A stretch of 35,707 bases of DNA from a virus, in the IMG/VR virus record IMGVR_UViG_3300045921_000105, positions 1 to 35,707 of that record; one strand, given 5' to 3'. Positions 8,197-15,730 of this stretch are shown here, piece by piece. The notes under the pieces are model-generated. The model made no database searches. It was not told the DNA's origin and was given only the letters and a program-made list of their open reading frames with translations. Position 1 is the stretch's first letter, and each line of letters opens with the position of its first letter. A program made the position numbers and the translations under genes.

Positions 8197-8891
8197 GCAA
8201 CATCACGACAACGGCGGGCGGTTTGCCCGCCGGTCTCGCAGGCTTGGTGACGGGCCTGCGCGAGACCGCGCAGGAGTTTGCACGAAGCGGGTCTTCGGTC
8301 CCGCTTCTGAAACTGGCGAAGTCGGGCGAGTGGACCGTCGGGAAAGATGAGGATGTCGTGGAAAACGGCACGCAGGCCGTGGTCAACGTCCTCGGGATCG
8401 AGCGGGGCTATGTGTGCTGGGGCAAGGGCGCCGATGAGGGGCAGCTTCTCGGGAACGAGATGCGCCCGCTGTCTCGTCCCGCGCCGGACCCGGACAAGCT
8501 GCCCGCGCTGAATGGCGATTGGGAGAAGGTCATCGCCATTCCGATGTCGCTGCTGCTGGACGGCGGCAGGGTCTACCCGGTCATCTACAACGCCAAGTCC
8601 AAGGGCGCCAAGGACGCGGGGGAAAGCCTGCTGATGGCGGTCGCCGATCAGGCATCGGCCGGAAAGCCCTACGTTCCGGTGGTCGCGCTGCAAACCGACA
8701 GCTACAAGCACGCCAAGTATGGCCGCATCTACAAGCCGGTGCTGCAAATCGTGCGCTGGATGACGGTCGAACAGGCGCTTGGACAGGCCGAAGCCCAAGA
8801 GCCTGAACCCGGGGCCGAACCGGCCGGTTCGGCCGCGACCTCTGGTCACGAAGGCGTTGCGACGAGTTCCTCCCGTCGGCGCAGGCTGTGA
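8193..8891 (+). CDS. Conserved phage replication protein, putative ssDNA-binding protein
   Basis: ATGA overlap with the nuclease gene. Aromatic-rich beta core (LLKLAKSGEW, GYVCW, YKHAKYGRIYKPVL..W) with a disordered tail. Lies between nuclease and helicase. Confidence 0.55.
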   Translation: MSNITTTAGGLPAGLAGLVTGLRETAQEFARSGSSVPLLKLAKSGEWTVGKDEDVVENGTQAVVNVLGIERGYVCWGKGADEGQLLGNEMRPLSRPAPDPDKLPALNGDWEKVIAIPMSLLLDGGRVYPVIYNAKSKGAKDAGESLLMAVADQASAGKPYVPVVALQTDSYKHAKYGRIYKPVLQIVRWMTVEQALGQAEAQEPEPGAEPAGSAATSGHEGVATSSSRRRRL

Positions 8892-8896
8892 CCCTC

Positions 8897-8943
8897 GCCG
8901 GGGGGCGGCGTTCGCCGCCCCCGGCACCCTCTCCTTCTGTTTT
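8897..8943 (+). terminator. GC hairpin with pyrimidine tail (possible terminator/attenuator)
   Basis: gccggggggcggcg-tt-cgccgcccccggc then accctctccttctgtttt, just after the stop at 8891. Confidence 0.45.
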
Positions 8944-8955
8944 CGACAGGTAGCC

Positions 8956-10371
8956 ATGGAACTCCGGCCGGACCAGCTTAAGGCGGCAGAGGTGCTTGCC
9001 TCTCGCCCCGACCTCCTTCTGATCGCGCCCATGGGCGCGGGAAAATCGGTCATCGCCCTGACCGCGGCCTACAAGCTGCTGTCGCAAGGCGGCATCAAGC
9101 GCATCCTCGTTCTGGCACCGCCGAACGTCGCCCGCTTCTCGTGGGTTCAGGAGGCCGCCAGATGGCCGCATCTGCGCGGCTTGCCGATCCGGTATCTCGG
9201 CCCCGAATTGCCGCCACGGCGGCGTCTTGAGGCATTTCAGCGGCCCCTGCCGGGCATCACCGTCACTTCCCTCTATCTCCTGCAATGGCTGTGCGATCAG
9301 CGCCTGATCGGCGAAGGCGCGCCGTTCGAGGCGGTGATCGTGGACGAGATGTCCAAGGCCCGGGCGCCGCGCGGCGCGCTGTCCAAGCTGCTGCGGCGGC
9401 TGGCCCCGAAGCTGAAACTGCGCTGGGGCCTCACCGGGACGCCGCGCCCGACGAACCAGATCGACCTGTGGGCGCAGGTCCAGTTCGTCAGCGGCAACAG
9501 GGCGTTCGATCCCCGGTATGACGTGTTCCTGCGGGAATGGTGCGAACCGCTCGACTACAACCAATACACATGGCGGATCAGGCCGACCCGCGAGGACGCC
9601 TTCCGCCGCCGGGTGGCCGAGTTCGTTCACGTCATCCTGCCGCGCACCGCAGGCACCATGGCGTTCGTCGAGGTCGATCACCGGCTCGCCCTGCCGCACC
9701 AGCAAGCCGCCGCCCTGAACCGGCTGCACAAGCACGCGGTCGCCGAACTGGACCCGGCCCTCGTGCGAAAGGCTGTAGGCCGCCCCGACGAGATGACGCG
9801 AGCCGAGGTTGTCGCCCTCACCCGAGCGCATGCGGTCGGCATGATGGGGCAGGTCTTGCAAGGGTTCCTCTACGCCGAGGGCGAGGACGGCGGCCGGATC
9901 GTCGGGAACCGCTACTACACCCCGCCGGTCAAGTATCAAGAGGTGGCCGACATTTGCGAGGAGACGGACGAGAACCTGCTGATCGCCTATAACTACGTCG
10001 CCGAGCAGGACATGCTTGAGCGAGCCGTCCCCGGCGTGGCCTTCCTTTCGGAAAACCCGGCGCAGGCAGTGCAGGCGTGGAACGAGGGGAAGCTGCGGGC
10101 GCTGGCGCTGCACCCCGCCAGCGCCGGGCACGGCCTGAACCTGCAATTCGGCGGACGCCGCCTTATTTTCGCCGCGGTGCCTTGGTCGCCGGAACTCTAC
10201 GCACAGACCTGCTTCCGCATTGCCCGGCCCGGGCAGACCGGCGATGTCTACGTTCACCGGATCGTGTTCGACCACTGGCTTGAGCACGTCAGGCTCGCGC
10301 GGCTCAAGGCGGCGCTGGACGAGCAGCAGGCCGAAATCGAACGGCTGCACGAAGAGACCGAAGGCCGTTGA
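8956..10371 (+). CDS. SNF2-related SF2 helicase
   Basis: LRPDQ, PMGAGKS, VIVDEMS, GLTGTP, SAGHGLNLQ, Q...RIARPGQ. ATG 8956. Confidence 0.92.
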   Translation: MELRPDQLKAAEVLASRPDLLLIAPMGAGKSVIALTAAYKLLSQGGIKRILVLAPPNVARFSWVQEAARWPHLRGLPIRYLGPELPPRRRLEAFQRPLPGITVTSLYLLQWLCDQRLIGEGAPFEAVIVDEMSKARAPRGALSKLLRRLAPKLKLRWGLTGTPRPTNQIDLWAQVQFVSGNRAFDPRYDVFLREWCEPLDYNQYTWRIRPTREDAFRRRVAEFVHVILPRTAGTMAFVEVDHRLALPHQQAAALNRLHKHAVAELDPALVRKAVGRPDEMTRAEVVALTRAHAVGMMGQVLQGFLYAEGEDGGRIVGNRYYTPPVKYQEVADICEETDENLLIAYNYVAEQDMLERAVPGVAFLSENPAQAVQAWNEGKLRALALHPASAGHGLNLQFGGRRLIFAAVPWSPELYAQTCFRIARPGQTGDVYVHRIVFDHWLEHVRLARLKAALDEQQAEIERLHEETEGR

Positions 10372-10405
10372 CAAAGGCCTATCCACGGCCTACGTTCAGG
10401 GCCTA
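10361..10405 (+). promoter_or_regulatory. Sigma70-type promoter with GGCCTA repeats
   Basis: TTGACA(10368-10373)-N17-TACGTT(10391-10396). ggccta at 10376, 10387, 10400. Confidence 0.65.
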
Positions 10406-10427
10406 CAGACTATCGGGGAGTGGTGCT

Positions 10428-10775
10428 ATGCCCTACATGCTGCGCCTTGTGCGGCGAAACCTCTTCGCCAGCGCCTGCATCGCGTTCTTTGTCTGGCTCG
10501 CCGCCGTGGAGTTCATCGAGAAGGGCGACTGGGGGTTTCTCGTGTTTTCGCTCGGCTTCGTGCTCCCGCTGCTCATCTTCCTCTTTTGGCTGCACGCGAA
10601 GATCGAAGAGGCCAACATGCGGGCGGCGCGCTGGGAGCCCGCGCCATACCGGCCGTGGCGCTCGATTGGCCTCATTGCCGGGGCGGCGGTCTTCCTCCTG
10701 ACCTTCAACGTCTTCGCCGCGCTCGGCTTCGGCCTGCTCGTCGGCTTCGTGACCCGCCGCATCCTTGTTGGCTGA
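10428..10775 (+). CDS. Small integral membrane protein (3-4 TM segments)
   Basis: Phe/Leu-rich hydrophobic segments. GGGGAG RBS before ATG 10428. Confidence 0.75.
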   Translation: MPYMLRLVRRNLFASACIAFFVWLAAVEFIEKGDWGFLVFSLGFVLPLLIFLFWLHAKIEEANMRAARWEPAPYRPWRSIGLIAGAAVFLLTFNVFAALGFGLLVGFVTRRILVG

Positions 10776-10776
10776 C

Positions 10777-11112
10777 ATGATCGAACAGCACCAGAACCCA
10801 AGAACTGCGTTGGGCGGCATCAAGCATGACGCCGACAAGAACCCGCTGCACCTGATCCCGCCCGAGGCCGTGTTCGCGCTGGGCGAGGTTCTGAAATACG
10901 GGGCGAACAAGTATGGCGACAGGAACTGGGAACGCGGCATGGCGTGGTCCCGCCCCTACGCCGCGCTCTTGCGTCACCTGTTCGCGTGGTGGGGCGGTCA
11001 ACACCGCGATCAAGAGAGCGGCCTGCCGCACCTCTGGCATGCGCTGGCCTGCCTTGTATTCCTCGTGACCTACGAGGCCAAGGGCGGCGGCGCCGACGAC
11101 AGGCCGGTGTGA
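10777..11112 (+). CDS. dATP/dGTP diphosphohydrolase domain protein (DUF5664)
   Basis: GIKHD..K..LIP, YGANKYGDRNW.RG, AALLRHL..W..G..D.ESGLPHL.HA. Confidence 0.9.
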   Translation: MIEQHQNPRTALGGIKHDADKNPLHLIPPEAVFALGEVLKYGANKYGDRNWERGMAWSRPYAALLRHLFAWWGGQHRDQESGLPHLWHALACLVFLVTYEAKGGGADDRPV

Positions 11113-11114
11113 CC

Positions 11115-11588
11115 ATGCTGGGCAACCCCCCGCAGCCCCTTGAGAAGCAGGACGCCTTGCGCTCGGCGCTCCGGCGCGGCCTGACCATTAGTCAGGCTGC
11201 GCGTGTGGCGGATATGTCGATGAGTGCAGCCGCGCGTCTGGCCCGGCGATGGCGCGCAAACGGAGAACTGCTCGGGAAGACGGTGCAAATCCGTGAAAGG
11301 GCGGAGCACGCCCGGAAGATGCTTCTGAACGGGCAGTCCAAGCTGGCCGACAGCTACAGCATCAACGTAGCCTGCGGCGGCGCGCGCCCGTTCTCGGCGT
11401 CGCCGGATGAGCGACTGGTGGCGCTGATCCACCTGATCCAGCCGGAGCACGCGGTGGCGGCGCTGCGCCAGATGAAAAGGCGCCGCCAGACCCCGATGCA
11501 GTGGCTGGCCAACCGCGTTGAGGGGTTAGCCACGGCCGATGCCATGGCGCAGAGCGCCAAGGCCAAGCGCGTTCAGGACAACCAATAG
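11115..11588 (+). CDS. Helix-turn-helix protein
   Basis: LRRGLTISQAARVADMSMSAAARL HTH-like N-terminus. Overlaps the endolysin 3' end tail-to-tail. Confidence 0.55.
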   Translation: MLGNPPQPLEKQDALRSALRRGLTISQAARVADMSMSAAARLARRWRANGELLGKTVQIRERAEHARKMLLNGQSKLADSYSINVACGGARPFSASPDERLVALIHLIQPEHAVAALRQMKRRRQTPMQWLANRVEGLATADAMAQSAKAKRVQDNQ

Positions 11589-11717
11589 CCAGTCATCTCC
11601 GGCTTCAAAGCCGGGGATGTCAACGCCGAGGCCCTTCTCGATGGCGACAAGGGCGAGCAGCGTCAGGGCGACAAGGTAGGTCTTGCGGCCGTCGAGCGAA
11701 GGGATCGTCACGGTCAT
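11526..11717 (-). CDS. Putative nested in-frame holin-like protein (63 aa)
   Basis: GAGGAG-ccaccg-ATG at 11717 inside the endolysin. Product MTVTIPSLDGRKTYLVALTLLALVAI...WLLVVLNALGLGALRHG has two hydrophobic helices. Confidence 0.55.
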   Translation of the reverse strand: MTVTIPSLDGRKTYLVALTLLALVAIEKGLGVDIPGFEAGDDWLLVVLNALGLGALRHGIGRG

Positions 11718-12572
11718 CGGTGGCTCCTCGGGTTCAGGTTCCGGCGGGCGAGGCCCCAGCAGGGCGTCTGTCAGCGCGGTGTCGATGCCGCCCTCCGGCC
11801 GCCCGACGCCCGCTCGCCAGCGGTATAGGGCGACGGCGGCGTGTGTCCGGAACCCGAACACACCGTCCACCGCCCCGACTTCGACGTGACCTGCCGCGAC
11901 AAGCGCTTGTTGCAAGCGGCGCACGGTGTCCCGGTCCGGAGACACGGCAGGCTTCTTCTCGATCAGCGGCAGACCGGCGTCGCGCCACCGCCGGAACGCG
12001 GCTTCCAGCTTGGTGTGATAGCGGTTCGCCGCGTAGCCGGGGCCGTTGTAGCCCCGTGCGAAGCCCTCCCAATCGCCCCGTTGCAAGAGCCTGAGCAGGT
12101 TGTTGACGACGATGAACCGCGCCAGCGCGACAAGCTGCTCGTCCATGCCAGTGGTGAAGGCCCGAACCATGCTCTCCGCGCTGCGGTAGCCCAACGCCTC
12201 GGCGTTCTGCCCGAGTATCTGCGGCGCCCCGTAGGACGCGGACCGAAGCGCGGCGTCGCGGTCGATCTCCATCGCCGCCAGCAGGCGCGGGTAGCTATCC
12301 TTTGGGTAGTCGCGGCGCCACGTCGGGTAGGCCAGTCCGGCGGCCTCCGCCTGCCGTCGGGCGGGCGTAGGCCCGAGGTGCCGCCAGAACAGGTGCGGCT
12401 CGAACAGGACGGTGAGGCGACCTCGCGCGTCAAAGGCGCGTCCGGCGGCTTCGACTTCGACCACGGCGGCGATGTGTGCAGGCGTGACCCCGAGCGCATA
12501 GGCCATGATGGCAAGCGCCTCTCGCACCGGCGTGTCGTCAGGGCCTTGTCGCAAGAACAGGTCCACGCTCAT
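11526..12572 (-). CDS. Endolysin: N-acetylmuramidase (DUF3380) + peptidoglycan-binding domain + C-terminal membrane domain
   Basis: VVEVEAAG, LFEPHLF, SASYGAPQILGQN, FARGYNGPGY..YHTKL. Binding domain VRRLQQAL..G...VDGVFG..T..AV. Hydrophobic C-terminus. Confidence 0.9.
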   Translation of the reverse strand: MSVDLFLRQGPDDTPVREALAIMAYALGVTPAHIAAVVEVEAAGRAFDARGRLTVLFEPHLFWRHLGPTPARRQAEAAGLAYPTWRRDYPKDSYPRLLAAMEIDRDAALRSASYGAPQILGQNAEALGYRSAESMVRAFTTGMDEQLVALARFIVVNNLLRLLQRGDWEGFARGYNGPGYAANRYHTKLEAAFRRWRDAGLPLIEKKPAVSPDRDTVRRLQQALVAAGHVEVGAVDGVFGFRTHAAVALYRWRAGVGRPEGGIDTALTDALLGPRPPEPEPEEPPMTVTIPSLDGRKTYLVALTLLALVAIEKGLGVDIPGFEAGDDWLLVVLNALGLGALRHGIGRG

Positions 12573-12850
12573 TTCCGGAGGTGTTCCTCGATGGAGTTCA
12601 GCTTCACCAGAACCGTCTGCAACATGGTGCGGGTCTCGGCGTTTTCCCGCACATTCGCGTCCCGCAAGCTGTCGTGTTGCGCGCGGAGGACGGCGAGTTC
12701 CACTTTCAGGTCATGGATGACCTGACTGTGGTTGCGAATGACAATCAGCAGCGGGATGACCAGATAGGCAAGGACCGCGTTGACCAGCGGAAGCCAGTCC
12801 GCAAAAATCCGAGGCAGGTCGGTTGTCATGATGTAATCGCGCGCGCTCAT
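12569..12850 (-). CDS. Single-TM coiled-coil protein of the lysis cassette (holin/antiholin-like)
   Basis: TM WLPLVNAVLAYLVIPLLIVI followed by a coiled coil. ATGA overlaps on both sides. Directly upstream of the endolysin. Confidence 0.6.
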   Translation of the reverse strand: MSARDYIMTTDLPRIFADWLPLVNAVLAYLVIPLLIVIRNHSQVIHDLKVELAVLRAQHDSLRDANVRENAETRTMLQTVLVKLNSIEEHLRK

Positions 12851-13143
12851 TGAGGGTGAACCCGGAACCCCGCGAAGTCCGGGTCCAGCAGCTTGCGCCG
12901 AACGTAGACCGAAAACTCCGGCGTTCCAATGCGCGCGCCGCACTCCGCAGCCCATTGTTGCGCAACTACAAGAGGAATTGAGCCCAGCTTGCGCCAGCGC
13001 GCATCGCCGAACGTGCGCCCCGCGCCGAGCGCCGCAAGGGCTCGGTTCTCGTCCAGAAGGGCTTGAACTTCCTGTTGCTCCACGTCGTAGAGCACGCCGT
13101 CCTCGATCAGGAGCGCGCGAGCAATGCCGTCCCTGTCGGCCAT
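12847..13143 (-). CDS. Small phage protein downstream of the capsid gene
   Basis: Q.V..LLDEN, WRKLGSIP..V..QW, L.DPDF. Tightly coupled to neighbouring genes. Confidence 0.7.
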   Translation of the reverse strand: MADRDGIARALLIEDGVLYDVEQQEVQALLDENRALAALGAGRTFGDARWRKLGSIPLVVAQQWAAECGARIGTPEFSVYVRRKLLDPDFAGFRVHPQ

Positions 13144-13144
13144 G

Positions 13145-13417
13145 TCAGACCCCGCGTCTGCGGCGTCCGGTCGTGGCGGTCGGCCCCTCCTGCGATGCCT
13201 GTTCCGGCTCCGGCTCCGGCTCCGGCTCCGGCTGCGGCTGCACGCTGCACTGGTGCGCGGCGTTCAGGTCCGCGGCGGTGACGGGCGTCTCCGGCTCGGC
13301 GAAGCCGTGTTGGAACAGGAGGACGGCCTCCTCGTCGGTAACGGTCTGCACGTCGCCGCGCGCCCGCGGCGCGTCGTTGATCCACACGCCGCGATCCGTC
13401 GTCACTTTCACCTGCAT
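13145..13417 (-). CDS. Small hypothetical protein with (PE)n low-complexity tail
   Basis: GGGAGAGG RBS before ATG 13417. (tccggc)x5 at 13203-13232. Confidence 0.7.
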   Translation of the reverse strand: MQVKVTTDRGVWINDAPRARGDVQTVTDEEAVLLFQHGFAEPETPVTAADLNAAHQCSVQPQPEPEPEPEPEQASQEGPTATTGRRRRGV

Positions 13418-13439
13418 GTGCCTCTCCCGATGACTGAGC

Positions 13440-13469
13440 CGGGCCTGCGCACCATGCCGCGCAGGCCCG
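13440..13469 (-). terminator. Hairpin after major capsid gene (no U tract)
   Basis: Perfect 11-bp stem cgggcctgcgc/gcgcaggcccg with 8-nt loop, 9 nt after the capsid stop. Confidence 0.5.
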
Positions 13470-13478
13470 TCCGGTAGA

Positions 13479-14450
13479 TTACAGCGCGCCGTTGATGTCG
13501 GCAACGATGCCGTGTGCGGCTTCGGTGTCCACTTGCAGACCATACTCGTTGGCGATCAGGCGGCGCTCGGAGTGGCCCGTGCGCGCCAGTTCCTTCTGGC
13601 TGGTCTTTTGCAGGTAGGCGACCCGGGCATACTTCGGATCGAGGATGAACACGTCGCGCGCCCGCTGGAAACGGTTCGGCACGACTTGAAGATCGCCGAA
13701 GTCAGACACGTAGAGGTCCACGGCCGCGACGATCTTCTTGTCGCTGATGTCCCGGTAGCGGGTCGCCGAACCCGTGAACGAGGACGAGATTTTCTGCTTG
13801 ACCAGACCGCCGCACATGATGATCGACGGCTCGGCCCCGGCATCCCAGCAAGAACGGATCACGCTGTTCAGCAGCGTCTCGGTCAGCGCCCGAAGGGTGC
13901 CGTCCGTCGCCGCCGCGTTCGGGTAGCCCGCCGAGGTGCCCGAGAGGGTCGGGTTCGCGCCGCCGCTCCCGCGCGAAACGTTCGTCCGCATGAACGCGGG
14001 GAGCCCCGCCGTCGCCCGCGCGACGGTGTTGCTGCCGGGGTTCGCGGCCACGTTCGCCAGAAGCATCGTCTCCATGTCGCGTTTCAACTCCTTGAGTTTC
14101 AGCGCGACCTGCTTGGCGAGCGTCTGCACGTCGCCAACGCCGTTGACGGCGTTCGCGGTCGTGGTGACTTCCACCACCTTGTCCGAGATTTGGGCGTAGT
14201 TTTGCAGCCGGACGGCGTTCGTCGGCACGTCGTTGCTCGGCGCGTTCTCGCCTTCGAGAACGCGGTTCGAGCCGTTGGGGGAGGCCAGCGTCACGACCGG
14301 CCACTCGTAGAGCGTGTTGTCGATGCTTTTCGTCCCGATAGCCGACATGAACGGCGTTTCGGTCGGGCTGATCATCGTGAGGGCTTCCTGCAAGTCCTCG
14401 CGGATGGTGCTGACGCCGTAGGTGGCGTTCGCGTTCGTTGCCAGCGGCAT
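13479..14450 (-). CDS. Major capsid protein (DUF5309/SU10-like)
   Basis: REDL...ISPTETPFMSAIG, EW..L, NY.QI..K, ELKRDME, VD.YVSDFG.L.VVPNRF, LARTG...EYGL. CAGGAG RBS. Confidence 0.92.
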   Translation of the reverse strand: MPLATNANATYGVSTIREDLQEALTMISPTETPFMSAIGTKSIDNTLYEWPVVTLASPNGSNRVLEGENAPSNDVPTNAVRLQNYAQISDKVVEVTTTANAVNGVGDVQTLAKQVALKLKELKRDMETMLLANVAANPGSNTVARATAGLPAFMRTNVSRGSGGANPTLSGTSAGYPNAAATDGTLRALTETLLNSVIRSCWDAGAEPSIIMCGGLVKQKISSSFTGSATRYRDISDKKIVAAVDLYVSDFGDLQVVPNRFQRARDVFILDPKYARVAYLQKTSQKELARTGHSERRLIANEYGLQVDTEAAHGIVADINGAL

Positions 14451-14474
14451 GAGGTTCTCTCCTGAAAAATGCGA

Positions 14475-15479
14475 TCAACGGCGGCGCGCGGGCGCGACCA
14501 GCATGGCCGCGATGTCGTCCACGTCACCAGTCTTGGCCGCACGCTCCCGAAGCTGCACCAACCGGCGCGTCGCCTCCGTCGTGGTCGTCTGCCGCTGCGC
14601 CGGTCCCGCCACCTTGCGGGGTGCCTCTGCCACGAGCGGCCTGTCGGCCTTCTCTGCGGTCTTGCTCTTGCGATACCGCACTGCGTCATATAGCACGCGC
14701 AGCGCCCGGTGGTCAACCAAGCGCGTCAGTTCCTGCGGCGTGAAACCGTAGACCTCGGCGCCGAGTTTCAGCACGTCAGCCCGGAAGCGTGCGACGTTCT
14801 GCTTGTCCGCCAGTTCCGGGACCGCCTTGAGCAGCTTGTCCATCTCGTCCCTGATGGTGACGGCACGCACCGTGAGTTCGCTCTGCTGCGCCGCCTGATC
14901 GGTCTGGCCGAGGGTCGCAAAGAACGCCTCGTATTTCTGCTTCTGGTCGTTGTAGTTCGCCAGCGCCTCGATGTAGCCGATAGGGTCTTTGTCGAGCATC
15001 TCGCGCGCAGGCGGCTGCGGCGCTTGAAGCGGCACGCCGGACTGCACGGCTTGCAGCGCCGTCGCAAGGGCGTTCCGCTCGGCCATGAGCGCCTGATACG
15101 CCTCGGCCGTGATTTGCCGGGCCTGCGCCACCTCCTGCATGCCCTTCTGGATATAGGCTTGCCCGGCGTAGCCGCGAACGAGTTCGGCTTCGGAAACCTC
15201 GATCTCCTTGCCGTCAACCTTTACACGGAACGTGCGCTCGGGCGCCTGATCGTCGGCGTCGCCTTCGGCGGCGTCGCCTTCGGCGGCGTCGCCTTCGGCG
15301 GCGTCAACGCCGTCGGCTTCATCTTGTTCGGCCCCCTCGGCCCCTTCGGCGGCATCGGCTTCTTCGGCATCGGGTGCCCCCTTCTTGCGCTCGTCGTCGT
15401 TCTCGGGCGTCTCGACGATGGCGGCCAGAATGTCGCTCTCGGTCGAGGCGCTTGCGGTGTCAGTCAGGTTCGGCGTCAT
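14475..15479 (-). CDS. Capsid scaffolding protein
   Basis: Acidic N-terminus with (DAAEG)x3, VKVDGKEIEVS..EL..GY, DPIGY, YGFT..EL...DHR. Lies between portal and capsid genes. Confidence 0.82.
   Translation of the reverse strand: MTPNLTDTASASTESDILAAIVETPENDDERKKGAPDAEEADAAEGAEGAEQDEADGVDAAEGDAAEGDAAEGDADDQAPERTFRVKVDGKEIEVSEAELVRGYAGQAYIQKGMQEVAQARQITAEAYQALMAERNALATALQAVQSGVPLQAPQPPAREMLDKDPIGYIEALANYNDQKQKYEAFFATLGQTDQAAQQSELTVRAVTIRDEMDKLLKAVPELADKQNVARFRADVLKLGAEVYGFTPQELTRLVDHRALRVLYDAVRYRKSKTAEKADRPLVAEAPRKVAGPAQRQTTTTEATRRLVQLRERAAKTGDVDDIAAMLVAPARRR
15256..15305. repeat. 15-bp coding tandem repeat (3.3 copies)
   Basis: gcgtcgccttcggcg at 15256, 15271, 15286. Confidence 0.9.
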
Positions 15480-15481
15480 GG

Positions 15482-15730
15482 TTATCCCTTGGTGATCAGG
15501 CGGGCGTCGATGATGGCTTGTTGAAGGCCCTGTATCACATCCTCGGCCACAATGCACCTCTGTCGTGCAGCGAGAACGTCCTCCGGCGAGGCCCCGGGCG
15601 TCAGCATCTGCCGGACCTGCTCGACCTGATAGGTTTCCAGCGCCGCCGCAAGGGCCGGGTCAGACAGGAGCAAGTCCGCGGCGCGCGCCTTGCGCAGCGC
15701 CGCAGCGACCGCGGCTTCCGTCAGCTTCAT
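15482..15730 (-). CDS. Small helical protein between portal and scaffold
   Basis: ATGA overlap with the portal stop. Position typical of podovirus head modules. Confidence 0.7.
   Translation of the reverse strand: MKLTEAAVAAALRKARAADLLLSDPALAAALETYQVEQVRQMLTPGASPEDVLAARQRCIVAEDVIQGLQQAIIDARLITKG

Noticed and set aside
10777..11112. Modified-base (2-aminoadenine or deazaguanine) genome suggested by DUF5664 plus PolA
   Set aside because: No purZ, datZ, que/dpdA or other modification genes in the window, and this domain occurs alone in many phages.
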